IMG/VR virus record: IMGVR_UViG_3300031687_001200
DNA from: an uncultured virus (IMG/VR IMGVR_UViG_3300031687_001200)
Taxonomy: Duplodnaviria; Heunggongvirae; Uroviricota; Caudoviricetes
Length of the DNA: 64,000 bases
Reading direction: 5' to 3' (one strand)
Shown here: in pieces, positions 48,645-58,262 of the stretch
Layout of the letters: the number at the start of each line of letters is the position of its first letter
Numbering within the stretch: position 1 is the first letter of the stretch
Made by a program: the position numbers and the translations under genes
Notes under the pieces: generated by a model
Databases searched by the model: none
Told to the model about the DNA's origin: nothing
What the model saw: the letters and a program-made list of their open reading frames with translations, nothing else

Positions 48645-49006
48645 TGGAACTTACTCTATTGTTAGGCTTAATGATTAAGCACACAATAGCAGATTACTTT
48701 ACCCAATACAATTGGATGATTAAGGATAAGGCAACTTATGGAGCCTTTGGTGGATTAGCCCACGCAGGTTGGCATGGTATATTAACATTTTGTGTGCTAC
48801 TGTTGATCACACCATTAGCATTTTGGGTAATGGCTTTATTAGGATTGTTAGATGCAGTTTTACATTATCATATAGATTATGTTAAAAGTAATGTGTGGGT
48901 AAATTACGGCTATACACCAGCACATCAGATGTATTGGGTTACACATGGCGTTGATCAATTTGCACACTTTTTAACATATATAGGAATTGTATACTTATGC
49001 GTATAG
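48644..49006 (+). CDS. DUF3307 family membrane protein
   Basis: KHTIADYFTQ, HYHIDYVK, GVDQFAH. Confidence 0.8.
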   Translation: MELTLLLGLMIKHTIADYFTQYNWMIKDKATYGAFGGLAHAGWHGILTFCVLLLITPLAFWVMALLGLLDAVLHYHIDYVKSNVWVNYGYTPAHQMYWVTHGVDQFAHFLTYIGIVYLCV

Positions 49007-50049
49007 AACAAGATATTAAATTAGATTTCAATGACGTTTTACTTAGACCTAAACGTAGTACAATGGGCAGTCGTAAAGAAGTAAATCTAAGACGAGAATT
49101 TGTATTTAGGAACAGTAAACAACGATTTAACGGCATTCCAATCATTGCTAGTAATATGCATGGCGTTGGCACATTTGCAATGGCAGAGGAACTAATTAAG
49201 ATTCCTATGTTTACTGCATTATGTAAAGACTACCAACCTGCAGAGATTTGGGATTGGTTAGGAAGCCATGTACATAAACCAGACCTATCAGACTTAGTAG
49301 CAGTTAGCACAGGTATTACTGATATAGATGACGAAAGGATTGAAGCAACCCTTAAACTAGTTCGTAGTATTAGATATGTATGTATCGATGTTGCTAACGG
49401 ATATAGTGAACGCTTCTTAGACTATGTTGCTCGTTTTAGAGACAAGCATCCAGAAATTACAATCATTGCAGGCAATGTAGTAACGCCTGATATAACAGAG
49501 GAGTTATTATTACGTGGAGCAGATATTGTTAAAGTGGGGATTGGTCCTGGTAGTGTTTGCACTACTCGTGTTAAGACAGGTATTGGGTACCCGCAATTAT
49601 CCGCCGTTATTGAGTGTGCCGATGCCGCTCATGGTCTTGGCGGACACATTATTGCTGATGGCGGGTGTAGTAGTCCTGGAGATGTAGTTAAGGCATTTGC
49701 CGGCGGAGCAGACTTTGTTATGCTAGGTGGTATGATGGCTGGCACGGATCAAGGTGGAGGCGAAGTAGTAGATGGGCATGTAGAATTTTACGGTAATAGC
49801 ACAACAAAAGCACAGGAGGATTTCGGTGGAGTACAAAATCATAGAACAAGCGAGGGTCGTATCGTACGTTTGCCTTACAAAGGTGACGTCAATAACCCCA
49901 TTACAGATATACTTGGAGGCTTGCGTAGTGGTTGCACTTATGTTGGCGCCGGGGAATTAAAACATCTTAGTAAATGTGCAACATTTGTACAAACTAAGAA
50001 TGGTGCTACACATAACACAGTGTACAAGCATTTACAAGTAGGCGAATGA
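48997..50049 (+). CDS. guaC: GMP reductase
   Basis: MRIEQDIKLDFNDVLLRPKRS, CIDVANGYSE, KVGIGPGSVCTTR, ADGG. Confidence 0.95.
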   Translation: MRIEQDIKLDFNDVLLRPKRSTMGSRKEVNLRREFVFRNSKQRFNGIPIIASNMHGVGTFAMAEELIKIPMFTALCKDYQPAEIWDWLGSHVHKPDLSDLVAVSTGITDIDDERIEATLKLVRSIRYVCIDVANGYSERFLDYVARFRDKHPEITIIAGNVVTPDITEELLLRGADIVKVGIGPGSVCTTRVKTGIGYPQLSAVIECADAAHGLGGHIIADGGCSSPGDVVKAFAGGADFVMLGGMMAGTDQGGGEVVDGHVEFYGNSTTKAQEDFGGVQNHRTSEGRIVRLPYKGDVNNPITDILGGLRSGCTYVGAGELKHLSKCATFVQTKNGATHNTVYKHLQVGE

Positions 50050-50076
50050 ATATTTAATAAATAACCAGGAACAAAA

Positions 50077-50286
50077 ATGAATTATAGTATTACAGTACCA
50101 ATGGAAAAGGGCGATTCGCTTAAAGCAATTAAATCTAACTCAGCACTAACTGATATGACTTTAATTATTAACGATGGATGGGCAACGTTTATCGGCTCAG
50201 CAAATACCCCAGAAGAGTTTGAAGCTGATTTAATAGACAGTATAGAAGATTTACCAGCACCAGTTACAGCAGTGGAAGTATGGTAG
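50077..50286 (+). CDS. small hypothetical protein
   Basis: ATAAATA promoter and AGGA RBS. Confidence 0.55.
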   Translation: MNYSITVPMEKGDSLKAIKSNSALTDMTLIINDGWATFIGSANTPEEFEADLIDSIEDLPAPVTAVEVW

Positions 50287-50287
50287 C

Positions 50288-50509
50288 ATGATTATTCCAG
50301 CCTCACACGAAGCAATTCATATTATATGGGAATTAGAACATGAGATGCTTAATCCTAGAAACTGTGGTTATACAGGAATGGATATGAAGAAGAGGTTATG
50401 GGATATTAAGATGCGAGTTGACGAGGCATTACTAAAAGCGCCGCCATACTACGGTGAACCAGAGTATGAAGATATTTACTTGCTGGAAAGGATAAAAGGT
50501 AATATATGA
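50288..50509 (+). CDS. small hypothetical protein
   Basis: 73 aa in operon. Confidence 0.55.
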   Translation: MIIPASHEAIHIIWELEHEMLNPRNCGYTGMDMKKRLWDIKMRVDEALLKAPPYYGEPEYEDIYLLERIKGNI

Positions 50510-51297
50510 AACTAGGTATAATTGGTAAAGGATTTGTAGGATCAGCAGTTAGCAACGGCTTTAATGATGACGTTGAACAGATAATTGTGGATCCAGAATT
50601 TACTAACAATATAATTTATGACCTTGTGGTATTTGATCCTATTATAACGTTTGTGTGCGTTCCTACGCCTGTTTCTGAGGATGGTAGTTGCGATGTAAGT
50701 ATTGCTAGAAGTGTGTTACAAGAGCTCAATGAGCTTCAGTACAAGGGTGTAGTAGTTATTAAGAGTACTATTGTGCCTGATTACTTACATGAGTTTAAAA
50801 AGGCGTATGGACTAAGGATAGTATATAACCCAGAGTTCCTTACAGAAGCGAATGCAAATCAAGACTTTATTAATCCTAAAATGCAAGTGTTAGGTGGCAG
50901 ATGGAAAGATTGTGAAGTAGTAGAAAAAGCATACTTAAGAAACAGTAAAGTTAAAGTAGTACCAACGTTTAAAACAGATTTAACCACAGCAAGTTTACTA
51001 AAATACACTATCAATAGTTACCTTGCTACCAAAGTAATGTTTATGAATGACATATACAAACTACACCAAGCAGGCAGTAGTATGGTAAGTTGGGATCAGT
51101 TTACAGACATGCTAACCAGAGACCCTCGTATGGGAGATAGTCATATGCAAGTGCCTGGCCCAGATGGAGAGTTTGGATTTGGTGGGCATTGTTTCCCTAA
51201 AGATACAGAAGCATTATTAAAATATGCACACGACAAAAAGATAAAACTTAGTACACTGAAAAACGCAGTGGAACACAATAAGAAAATAAGAGACTAA
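50506..51297 (+). CDS. UDP-glucose/GDP-mannose dehydrogenase family (short form)
   Basis: GIIGKGFVG, CVPTP, KSTI, NPEFL, KY..N, GFGGHCFPKD. Confidence 0.9.
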   Translation: MKLGIIGKGFVGSAVSNGFNDDVEQIIVDPEFTNNIIYDLVVFDPIITFVCVPTPVSEDGSCDVSIARSVLQELNELQYKGVVVIKSTIVPDYLHEFKKAYGLRIVYNPEFLTEANANQDFINPKMQVLGGRWKDCEVVEKAYLRNSKVKVVPTFKTDLTTASLLKYTINSYLATKVMFMNDIYKLHQAGSSMVSWDQFTDMLTRDPRMGDSHMQVPGPDGEFGFGGHCFPKDTEALLKYAHDKKIKLSTLKNAVEHNKKIRD

Positions 51298-51298
51298 C

Positions 51299-51652
51299 AT
51301 GACATCCAGAAGTAAGATACACTTATCGATATTAACACTAACCGTAATACTATTACTAGCATTTTTTACCAGCGATGTAAAGGCAACTCCTTATATTGCA
51401 TACTTCCATGAACTACCATTTGAAGGCACTACATCAATGCCAGAGACACACAGTTTACGATTAGGCTACATAGCTAACGGCATGTACATAGAAGCAGGTC
51501 CTTTAACTGGCGGACATAGTATGGAAATGGGCTACAAGAAGACTAAAGGAAACTGGACTTTTAAGACCAAGTACGAAGGCGAAGAAACTAGATATAATGA
51601 CATGTTTAAAAGCAAGATTGAAACTGAAGTCATTTACAAGTTCGGAAAATAA
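51299..51652 (+). CDS. secreted small beta-barrel-like protein
   Basis: Signal peptide, alternating beta strands, YKF near C-terminus. Confidence 0.5.
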   Translation: MTSRSKIHLSILTLTVILLLAFFTSDVKATPYIAYFHELPFEGTTSMPETHSLRLGYIANGMYIEAGPLTGGHSMEMGYKKTKGNWTFKTKYEGEETRYNDMFKSKIETEVIYKFGK

Positions 51653-51674
51653 GCATACATTTAGATAAATACTA

Positions 51675-51740
51675 CTGTCTATACGCAAGACGAAACTAGA
51701 TACAATGCGTACTAACTGGGTTTAGACACCCTAGACGGAG
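51675..51740 (+). promoter_or_regulatory. candidate three-way-junction RNA leader occluding the SD
   Basis: CTGTCTA/TAGACGG, TACGCA/TGCGTA, GGGT/ACCC; after GATAAATA promoter. Confidence 0.45.
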
Positions 51741-51746
51741 ATAAAA

Positions 51747-52385
51747 ATGTTTAAAAATATGCTAAAAAAGGCAATTCATAAGAGCCAGCATGTTCAACGT
51801 AACTGGGACCTTTCCAGATCCATACCTCAAGAAGATATGGACATTATTGCAGAAGCAGTAACTGGAGCACCAAGCAAACAGAACATCAAATTCTTTAAGC
51901 CTTATTTCATTACAGACAGAAAGAAAATAGAAGCCATTCATAGAAACACATTAGGATTTATGATCGAAGATGGCAAACAAGGTGGCAAAGCACTAAAAGG
52001 AAACAGGTTAACTACTAACCCGCAAGTTTTAGCACAATTGTTAATCGTGTTTGTTGAAGATTTTGATAAGAAAGACGCATTATCAAAAACAGATTATAAT
52101 ACTGCTAACGAAAAGTGGACTATGGATCACGATAGAGATCAAGCATTAGGTGTAGCCGCTGGTTACGTTAACCTAACTTCAGCTCTACTTGGTTACGGTA
52201 CTGGTTGTTGCAGTTGTTGTGATAAGCAGGCTATTCAAAAGATTCTAGGAATAGATGAAAAACCATTATTATTAATGGGAGTTGGTATTGGCGACGGTGA
52301 TAAGCCGAGACGTGAACACCACCTGAATAGTAGCCTCACGTTTCCAACAAAACGCAAAAACATTGAAGTAGAATACGTTAAGTAG
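51747..52385 (+). CDS. nitroreductase family protein
   Basis: QRNWD, APSKQN, GVAAGYVNL..LLGYGTGCCSC, LLMGVG. Confidence 0.85.
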   Translation: MFKNMLKKAIHKSQHVQRNWDLSRSIPQEDMDIIAEAVTGAPSKQNIKFFKPYFITDRKKIEAIHRNTLGFMIEDGKQGGKALKGNRLTTNPQVLAQLLIVFVEDFDKKDALSKTDYNTANEKWTMDHDRDQALGVAAGYVNLTSALLGYGTGCCSCCDKQAIQKILGIDEKPLLLMGVGIGDGDKPRREHHLNSSLTFPTKRKNIEVEYVK

Positions 52386-52415
52386 ACTTAATTCAAGTAT
52401 AAGTGTTGAACGCTT

Positions 52416-52449
52416 AAAAAGCCAGTTTTTAATAGACTGGCTTTTTTTT
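52416..52449 (+). terminator. rho-independent terminator
   Basis: AAAAAGCCAGTT..GACTGGCTTTTTTTT. Confidence 0.85.
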
Positions 52450-52512
52450 GACTTGACTTTCTAGATAATTGTGTTATACTATGTATTCCAAAAACTAAAA
52501 AGGAGAGAAGAT

Positions 52513-53685
52513 ATGGAATTAGCATATTCGTTAAACACGTTTTACTTTCTGTTATCCGGCGTACTAGTTATGTGGATGGCGGCAGGATTTACTATGCTCG
52601 AAGCAGGTTCTGTGAGAAGTAAAAATGTAATAGAGATTTTACTAAAAAACGTAGCACTATATAGTGTTGCATCATTAACATTTTTAATCGTAGGCTATAG
52701 CATTATGTATGGTTGGGGAGATATATCTACACATTCTGTGTATGCTGATTTCTTTTTCCAAGTTGTATTTGTAGCCACAGCAATGTCTGTTGTATCAGGT
52801 GCAGTAGCAGAGCGTAAAAAACTGTGGACATTCTTATTGTTCGCGGCAATCTTCACAGCAATCATTTACCCTATACAGGGTTCGTGGTCGTGGGGTGGAG
52901 GCTGGTTAAGTGAAAGAGGATTCTTTGACTTTGCTGGTGCAGGAATAGTACATATGGCAGGTGCCACTGCGGCATTGGCTGGTGTGTTAATACTAGGTCC
53001 TCGTAAAGGTAAGTATGCTAAAGACGGCACACCTAAACCAATACACGGTTCTAATGCGGCTCAGGTTGCTCTAGGAACACTTATCTTATGGATGGGGTGG
53101 TTTGGCTTTAATGGTGGTTCACAACTTGCAATCTCTGGAATAGAGAATGCTGATGCAGTTGCAAAGATATTTGTTAATACAAATACTGCGGCGGCGGCTG
53201 GACTAATTACTGCAATGGCTGTATGTAAACTATGGCTAGGCAAAACTGCCTTAAATGCTTCAATGAATGGTGCCTTAGCTGGCTTAGTAGTTATTACTGC
53301 TGATCCACTTACACCTTCACCAATAATTGCTGTAATATACGGAGCAATTGGCGGACTAATAGTTCCGTTTGCAATGAGTTATATTGAGAAGAAAGGAATA
53401 GACGATCCTGTAGGTGCTATTAGTGTTCACGGTGTTGCTGGTATAGTAGGACTCATGTTAGTTCCTATACTAAATGTTGATGCAAGTTTCTTAGAACAAG
53501 CAATCGGCATTGGTGTAATCGGTGGATTCGTATTTAGTACTTCGTACCTTGTATGGCTCTTACTTGATAAGACCGTAGGTATTAGGGTAGGCGAGCAAGA
53601 AGAAGTCGGTGGTTCGGACATGTGGGAAGCTGGTGAAAAAGCATATCCATACTTTATGAAAGGACACGGCGAAGAAGAAAAATAG
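52513..53685 (+). CDS. amtB: ammonium transporter
   Basis: AGFTMLEAG, FFFQ, SGAVAER, DFAGAGIVH, WMGWFGFNGGS, NGALAGLV, DDPVGAISVHG. Confidence 0.95.
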   Translation: MELAYSLNTFYFLLSGVLVMWMAAGFTMLEAGSVRSKNVIEILLKNVALYSVASLTFLIVGYSIMYGWGDISTHSVYADFFFQVVFVATAMSVVSGAVAERKKLWTFLLFAAIFTAIIYPIQGSWSWGGGWLSERGFFDFAGAGIVHMAGATAALAGVLILGPRKGKYAKDGTPKPIHGSNAAQVALGTLILWMGWFGFNGGSQLAISGIENADAVAKIFVNTNTAAAAGLITAMAVCKLWLGKTALNASMNGALAGLVVITADPLTPSPIIAVIYGAIGGLIVPFAMSYIEKKGIDDPVGAISVHGVAGIVGLMLVPILNVDASFLEQAIGIGVIGGFVFSTSYLVWLLLDKTVGIRVGEQEEVGGSDMWEAGEKAYPYFMKGHGEEEK

Positions 53686-53700
53686 TTTTAGTATTTTATT

Positions 53701-53730
53701 AAGCCACTTTTAATCGAGTGGCTTTTTTTT
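53701..53730 (+). terminator. rho-independent terminator
   Basis: AAGCCACTT..GAGTGGCTTTTTTTT. Confidence 0.85.
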
Positions 53731-53773
53731 GACTATAAATACTACTACACATACACATACACAGGAGAAATAT

Positions 53774-53998
53774 ATGTCAGCAAATAAATCAGGTTTTGAG
53801 ATTAGAGCGAATCTACTCAATCAAGCACAAACAATTTTAGAAAATAACTTACAACGAACACAAGATAGAGTTGGATATAATAACTCGCTATCACCATCTC
53901 GCAAAGAGCCGTTAGAAGTTAAAGAAGTTTCACCCCAAGAAGTTATTGAATTAGCACAAAAATTATATGCATTTGTTGAATCAAAAGAGTCTGCATAG
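53774..53998 (+). CDS. conserved small phage late protein
   Basis: TATAAATA promoter, CAGGAG RBS; KSGFEIR..LLNQA...AQKLYAFV. Confidence 0.7.
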   Translation: MSANKSGFEIRANLLNQAQTILENNLQRTQDRVGYNNSLSPSRKEPLEVKEVSPQEVIELAQKLYAFVESKESA

Positions 53999-54000
53999 TA

Positions 54001-54516
54001 ATGTGGGAGAAACTATTTTGGTGGTTAGCCAAACGTAGAGGTACAGAAACACTAACCAACATATACACAGACAGTGAATATATGCACAGAGTATTCCTAG
54101 GACGCCAAATTCATAAGGACGGAATAGCTGGAGCATATGGTGGTGGAAGAGTCTGTCTAAATTTAATAACAGGTAGCGACTTACCTGTAGAGCATAATCA
54201 CCCTTGGGGTTACTTTACTCTCATACTGTCGGGAGGATACTATGAGGTTAGAGGAGAGGAACGTAAGTGGCGCAGACCTGGATGGTGTGCTATAAGGTCA
54301 CATAACGATTTCCATAGAGTTGAAATCCCTGAAGGTAAATTTGCTATAACATTCTTTGTAAAAAGTCGACATGGGAAAATGGGTTCATACTTTATGGACA
54401 ATGGCAAACCCGTTAAAGATTTAAAATTCTGGTTACGCAGAGGCATAGCTAGAGAAAAAATTGGAGCAATGATTAAACTTAAGACTCCAGAGGAAATAAT
54501 AAATGACAACGATTGA
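54001..54516 (+). CDS. cupin-like protein
   Basis: EHNHPW..TLILSGGYYE, FHRVE. Confidence 0.7.
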   Translation: MWEKLFWWLAKRRGTETLTNIYTDSEYMHRVFLGRQIHKDGIAGAYGGGRVCLNLITGSDLPVEHNHPWGYFTLILSGGYYEVRGEERKWRRPGWCAIRSHNDFHRVEIPEGKFAITFFVKSRHGKMGSYFMDNGKPVKDLKFWLRRGIAREKIGAMIKLKTPEEIINDND

Positions 54517-55447
54517 TAATATTCTAGCAATCACACCAGGCGAAGGAGAAATCTCAGATTGGTTTATTGAACGACTAGAGGTTTTAGTAGAGCAAGGACT
54601 GTTCCTAGATGCTAACCATGTTCTAGGCGTTAGAGAATCTATAGTGGATAGTTTAAAAGAATATAGTAACAAACACAATATAAATTCTGTTGTAGTAGGC
54701 ATGAGCGGAGGCATAGATAGTGCCTTAACTGCCGCACTATTCAAACAAGCCGGATGGCAAGTACATGGCTTAACTATGCCTATACATCAAATCGAAGATG
54801 AAACTAATAGAGCAATAGAGAACATCGATGCATTAAGATTAGAACGACACCACATAGACTTATCAGATCAGTTTGATAATATGCAAGAAAAACTAGGTGC
54901 ATTCGATAGTACATACAGAGGACTACAGCGTCAAGGTAATATTAAAGCAAGACTACGAATGATTGCATTGTATAATCTTGCACACGAAGTACAAGGTCTT
55001 GTAGCAAGTACAGATAACTTTAGCGAATTAGCCGCAGGTTTTTGGACACTACATGGTGACGTAGGCGACCTTGCACCTATACAAAGTTTAAGCAAAAGTT
55101 GGGAAGTTCCTGCCTTGGCAATGGACCTCGGAGTACCCGAAAACACTATACATGCATTGCCTACAGACGGTTTAGGCATAAGTACTAGCGATGCAGACCA
55201 ATTGGGAATGAACTACTTAGAGTTTGATGTGTTGTTAACAGACATGCTTAACCTACCAAAAATAGACGATAAGAGCATATACGAATACATAAATACTATA
55301 GATGATGAAGATGCCAAAGAAAAAGCTATGCTTGTTTTTGGTAGAGTTAAGATGACCGCATTTAAACGTGCTAATCCTTTTAATATTTTTCATCCTGTAT
55401 ACAGCGACAGATTCGCTAAACTAGACAAACTAGATAGGAGTTTATAA
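54503..55447 (+). CDS. nadE: NH3-dependent NAD(+) synthetase
   Basis: VGMSGGIDS, GNIKARLRM, STDNFSE..GFWTLHGD, PTDGL. Confidence 0.92.
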   Translation: MTTIDNILAITPGEGEISDWFIERLEVLVEQGLFLDANHVLGVRESIVDSLKEYSNKHNINSVVVGMSGGIDSALTAALFKQAGWQVHGLTMPIHQIEDETNRAIENIDALRLERHHIDLSDQFDNMQEKLGAFDSTYRGLQRQGNIKARLRMIALYNLAHEVQGLVASTDNFSELAAGFWTLHGDVGDLAPIQSLSKSWEVPALAMDLGVPENTIHALPTDGLGISTSDADQLGMNYLEFDVLLTDMLNLPKIDDKSIYEYINTIDDEDAKEKAMLVFGRVKMTAFKRANPFNIFHPVYSDRFAKLDKLDRSL

Positions 55448-55448
55448 A

Positions 55449-55748
55449 ATGGGAATATTTAAATGGATCGCTTCATTTTTTACATCACCATCACCAGCCG
55501 AAGTTGTTACAACTAAATCTGCTCCTGCACCAGCCCCAAAGGTTGTTAAGGCAGTAGCACCGGTAAAAGCAGTTAAGAAAACTGTTGCACCGAAGAAAGA
55601 CGTTAGCGTAACTAAGGCAAGTTTGAGCAAACTTACTAAAGCACAGATAGAAGCTGAAGGTAAGAAGTTCGGACTCGATGTTGACAGAAGAAAAACTAAA
55701 GCAGATATTATTACAGAAGTATTAGCCGCATCTAAAAAAGCAAAGTAA
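55449..55748 (+). CDS. small basic protein with C-terminal helix-extension-helix (Rho-N/SAP-like)
   Basis: LSKLTKAQIEAEGKKFGLDVDRRKTKADII. Confidence 0.6.
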   Translation: MGIFKWIASFFTSPSPAEVVTTKSAPAPAPKVVKAVAPVKAVKKTVAPKKDVSVTKASLSKLTKAQIEAEGKKFGLDVDRRKTKADIITEVLAASKKAK

Positions 55749-55778
55749 CATTAGTTAGCTTAACTTAGAAGAGGTTTA

Positions 55779-57665
55779 ATGAAAAAGAAAATTGTTTTAG
55801 TTCAACCTAATTTTAAGATAGGTGGCGGTAGTTTTACCGGTTATTGGTTACCGTACTCTGTAGGTTGTCTTTGGAGTTATGCAAGTCAGCACTCTTGGGT
55901 AACAGACGAATTTGAAGTACAAGACATAATATATAAGAGAGAAGCGCCTGAACAACTAGTTGATAGATTACTAGATTGTACAGTAGCGTTTTTCTCTTGT
56001 TATATGTGGAATTGGGAATACAACAAATACATAGCCAAAGAACTAAAAAGACGTAACCCAGCGATTGCGATTGTATTCGGTGGACCACAAGTTACAACAC
56101 GCCCTAAACAGGAAAAATTCTTCCTAAATCATCCATATGTAGACAGCATTAGCCTTACCGAAGGGGAAGAATCCTTTGTGGCTATACTTGATGCATTAAG
56201 GAACGACAATGCTTTACAAGACGTCTACGAGGGTCTAAGGCTAGATGATTTAGAGGTACCTAGCCCTTACTTAACTGGCGTATTCGACAAGATTATGGCA
56301 GAGTCAGACCCTAACGAACAATGGAACGGCACACTAGAAACTAATAGAGGCTGTCCGTTTGCATGTACTTTTTGCGATTGGGGTAGTTTAACGTATGCTA
56401 AAATTAAGAAGTTTCCTATGCCTAAAGTGTTACAAGAGTTAACATGGATGGCAGAGAACAAGATAGACTATGTTACTATTGCTGACGCAAACTTTGGTGT
56501 GTTCACAGACAGAGACTTAGAAGTAACTAACACACTTGTTGACTTACAAAACACATACGGTTATCCAAAAGTTGTGGATGCTACATGGTATAAGAACAGT
56601 AGCGATGAAATATTAGAGATTGTTAAGAAGTTTATTAGCAGTGGATTTAATAGAGGACTAACATTAAGTGTGCAAAGCATGGACATGGATGTTCTAGAAG
56701 AGATTAAAAGACGTAACATGGAAATGTCAGACTTAACTATGATTTTTGACAAGTGTAATAGAGAAGGCATACCAAGTTATACAGAACTTATTTTAGGCTT
56801 ACCACTAGAAACATTTGAATCTTGGAAGTCAGGACTATGTGAAGTTATTAAAGCAGGACAACATAATGCTATTGAAAGTTGGTTAGCACAGATGTTAGAA
56901 AATGCACACATGAACTTACCAGAAGAAATTGAGAAGCATGGTATAACTACAGTTGTTGTGGAAAACTATGTTAGTGGATTCGAAGAAGAAGACAACATAC
57001 CTGAAAAAGTATCATTAGTTACCGGCACAAAATATATGCCTAAACCAAAGTTTATTGACAGTTGGTTATATGCATGGGTAGTTAACAACTTCCATAATTA
57101 TGGTTGGAGTCAAGCACTAGCAAGAGTTATATATAAATTGAATGGTACTGAGTATGAAGAAACATACGATAAAATGTATCAAGCATGTATAGACGACACT
57201 GGCTTAGTTGGTGACCTATTCCGTACAGCTAAAGAACAACTTACATATTACTTAGAGACAGGTAGAAGTGATGGCGAAGGAAGAGAAAGCTTCAGTGGGC
57301 ACACATTAATGTGGGAAGCTCAAAAAGACTTTCACTTGAATAGCAACGCAGTTAAGTCGTTTGTAAAAGAACACATGACTCCAGAGTATTGTAACATGGA
57401 TCCTGTTATGTACCAATACCTATTAGAATTTCAATCCAACTATACAACTGAAGAAAGCACAGACTATCCATTCCAATCAGCACCCGGTTTTAATTTTTAT
57501 GAATACATAAACAACATAGAGCCAGAGCTAGTAATGACACTAGAGCCTTACCAATTTAACATAGCAGAAGATGTTAAAGGTGATGAATATTACAATCGAC
57601 TTTACTTTAGACGTAGACAAGGTTGGGGCAAAACAATCATTGGCAAAAAACTCACTATAAGTTAA
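55779..57665 (+). CDS. B12-binding domain radical SAM protein
   Basis: FSCYMWN, VFGGPQ, EGEE, ETNRGCPFACTFCDW, DANFG, ELILGLP. Confidence 0.9.
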   Translation: MKKKIVLVQPNFKIGGGSFTGYWLPYSVGCLWSYASQHSWVTDEFEVQDIIYKREAPEQLVDRLLDCTVAFFSCYMWNWEYNKYIAKELKRRNPAIAIVFGGPQVTTRPKQEKFFLNHPYVDSISLTEGEESFVAILDALRNDNALQDVYEGLRLDDLEVPSPYLTGVFDKIMAESDPNEQWNGTLETNRGCPFACTFCDWGSLTYAKIKKFPMPKVLQELTWMAENKIDYVTIADANFGVFTDRDLEVTNTLVDLQNTYGYPKVVDATWYKNSSDEILEIVKKFISSGFNRGLTLSVQSMDMDVLEEIKRRNMEMSDLTMIFDKCNREGIPSYTELILGLPLETFESWKSGLCEVIKAGQHNAIESWLAQMLENAHMNLPEEIEKHGITTVVVENYVSGFEEEDNIPEKVSLVTGTKYMPKPKFIDSWLYAWVVNNFHNYGWSQALARVIYKLNGTEYEETYDKMYQACIDDTGLVGDLFRTAKEQLTYYLETGRSDGEGRESFSGHTLMWEAQKDFHLNSNAVKSFVKEHMTPEYCNMDPVMYQYLLEFQSNYTTEESTDYPFQSAPGFNFYEYINNIEPELVMTLEPYQFNIAEDVKGDEYYNRLYFRRRQGWGKTIIGKKLTIS

Positions 57666-57694
57666 CACATCTTTTAATATTGTATAAATACAAC

Positions 57695-57897
57695 GGAAGT
57701 TAAGCAATCCCCCTTCCACAAGAGGACGGTTGATATAGGTGTCGGTTGTTCCGGTGAGTATCCGGTGTAGTTTCGCAATATGACAGACAGCATTACGAGC
57801 CTATGAGTACTATAAAAGTTAAGGAACTTTAACCCCTCAGCATTGTCCGTAAGGAGATGTGAATTTGGGTGCTAATTAAAATATTAGACTCAAGGAG
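57695..57897 (+). ncRNA. candidate ~200 nt multi-stem structured RNA/leader
   Basis: After TATAAATA; nested stems GGACGGT/ATTGTCC, ATAGG/CCTAT, TGTCGGTTG/TGACAGACA, CCGG-TGAGTAT-CCGG, AAAGTT/AACTTT, TTGGGT/ACTCAA. Confidence 0.5.
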
Positions 57898-57903
57898 AGT
57901 AAA

Positions 57904-58080
57904 ATGACAAGTATTATTTTAAATACGAAGTCATTCTTTCAAAATATTGCAAACAGTTGGACCGGATTCAAAGACAATTATTGTCCTGAAGGTCAAACTT
58001 GCAATGACATTGCTACTATAGGTGGACTTATTTTCACTGTATGGTTTATGTACATTGCTATGGAACCAATACTGAGATAG
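57904..58080 (+). CDS. 58 aa small membrane protein
   Basis: Not in track; AAGGAG RBS; MTSIILNTKSFF...CPEGQTC..IGGLIFTVWFMYIAMEPILR. Confidence 0.6.
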   Translation: MTSIILNTKSFFQNIANSWTGFKDNYCPEGQTCNDIATIGGLIFTVWFMYIAMEPILR

Positions 58081-58143
58081 AATTAGACTGAATATACTAT
58101 AACTATAAAACATGAATATCTTTAGGATATTCTCCCAAGTTTT

Positions 58144-58172
58144 AGGGTTCGCGGTTGCGGACCCTTTTTTTT
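58144..58172 (+). terminator. rho-independent terminator
   Basis: AGGGTTCGC-GGTT-GCGGACCCT followed by T-tract. Confidence 0.85.
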
Positions 58173-58262
58173 GGCTAAAATTTGTATAAATACTTACTCT
58201 ATAAGGACTCGGAGTCTTTTTGAGAAAACAAACACAGTAGGATGTGTACACAGGAGTAAAGT

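Noticed and set aside
57750..57800. Calling a canonical cobalamin riboswitch
   Set aside because: Only a P5-like arm matches; GGGAA junction and B12 box absent, so kept as an unassigned RNA
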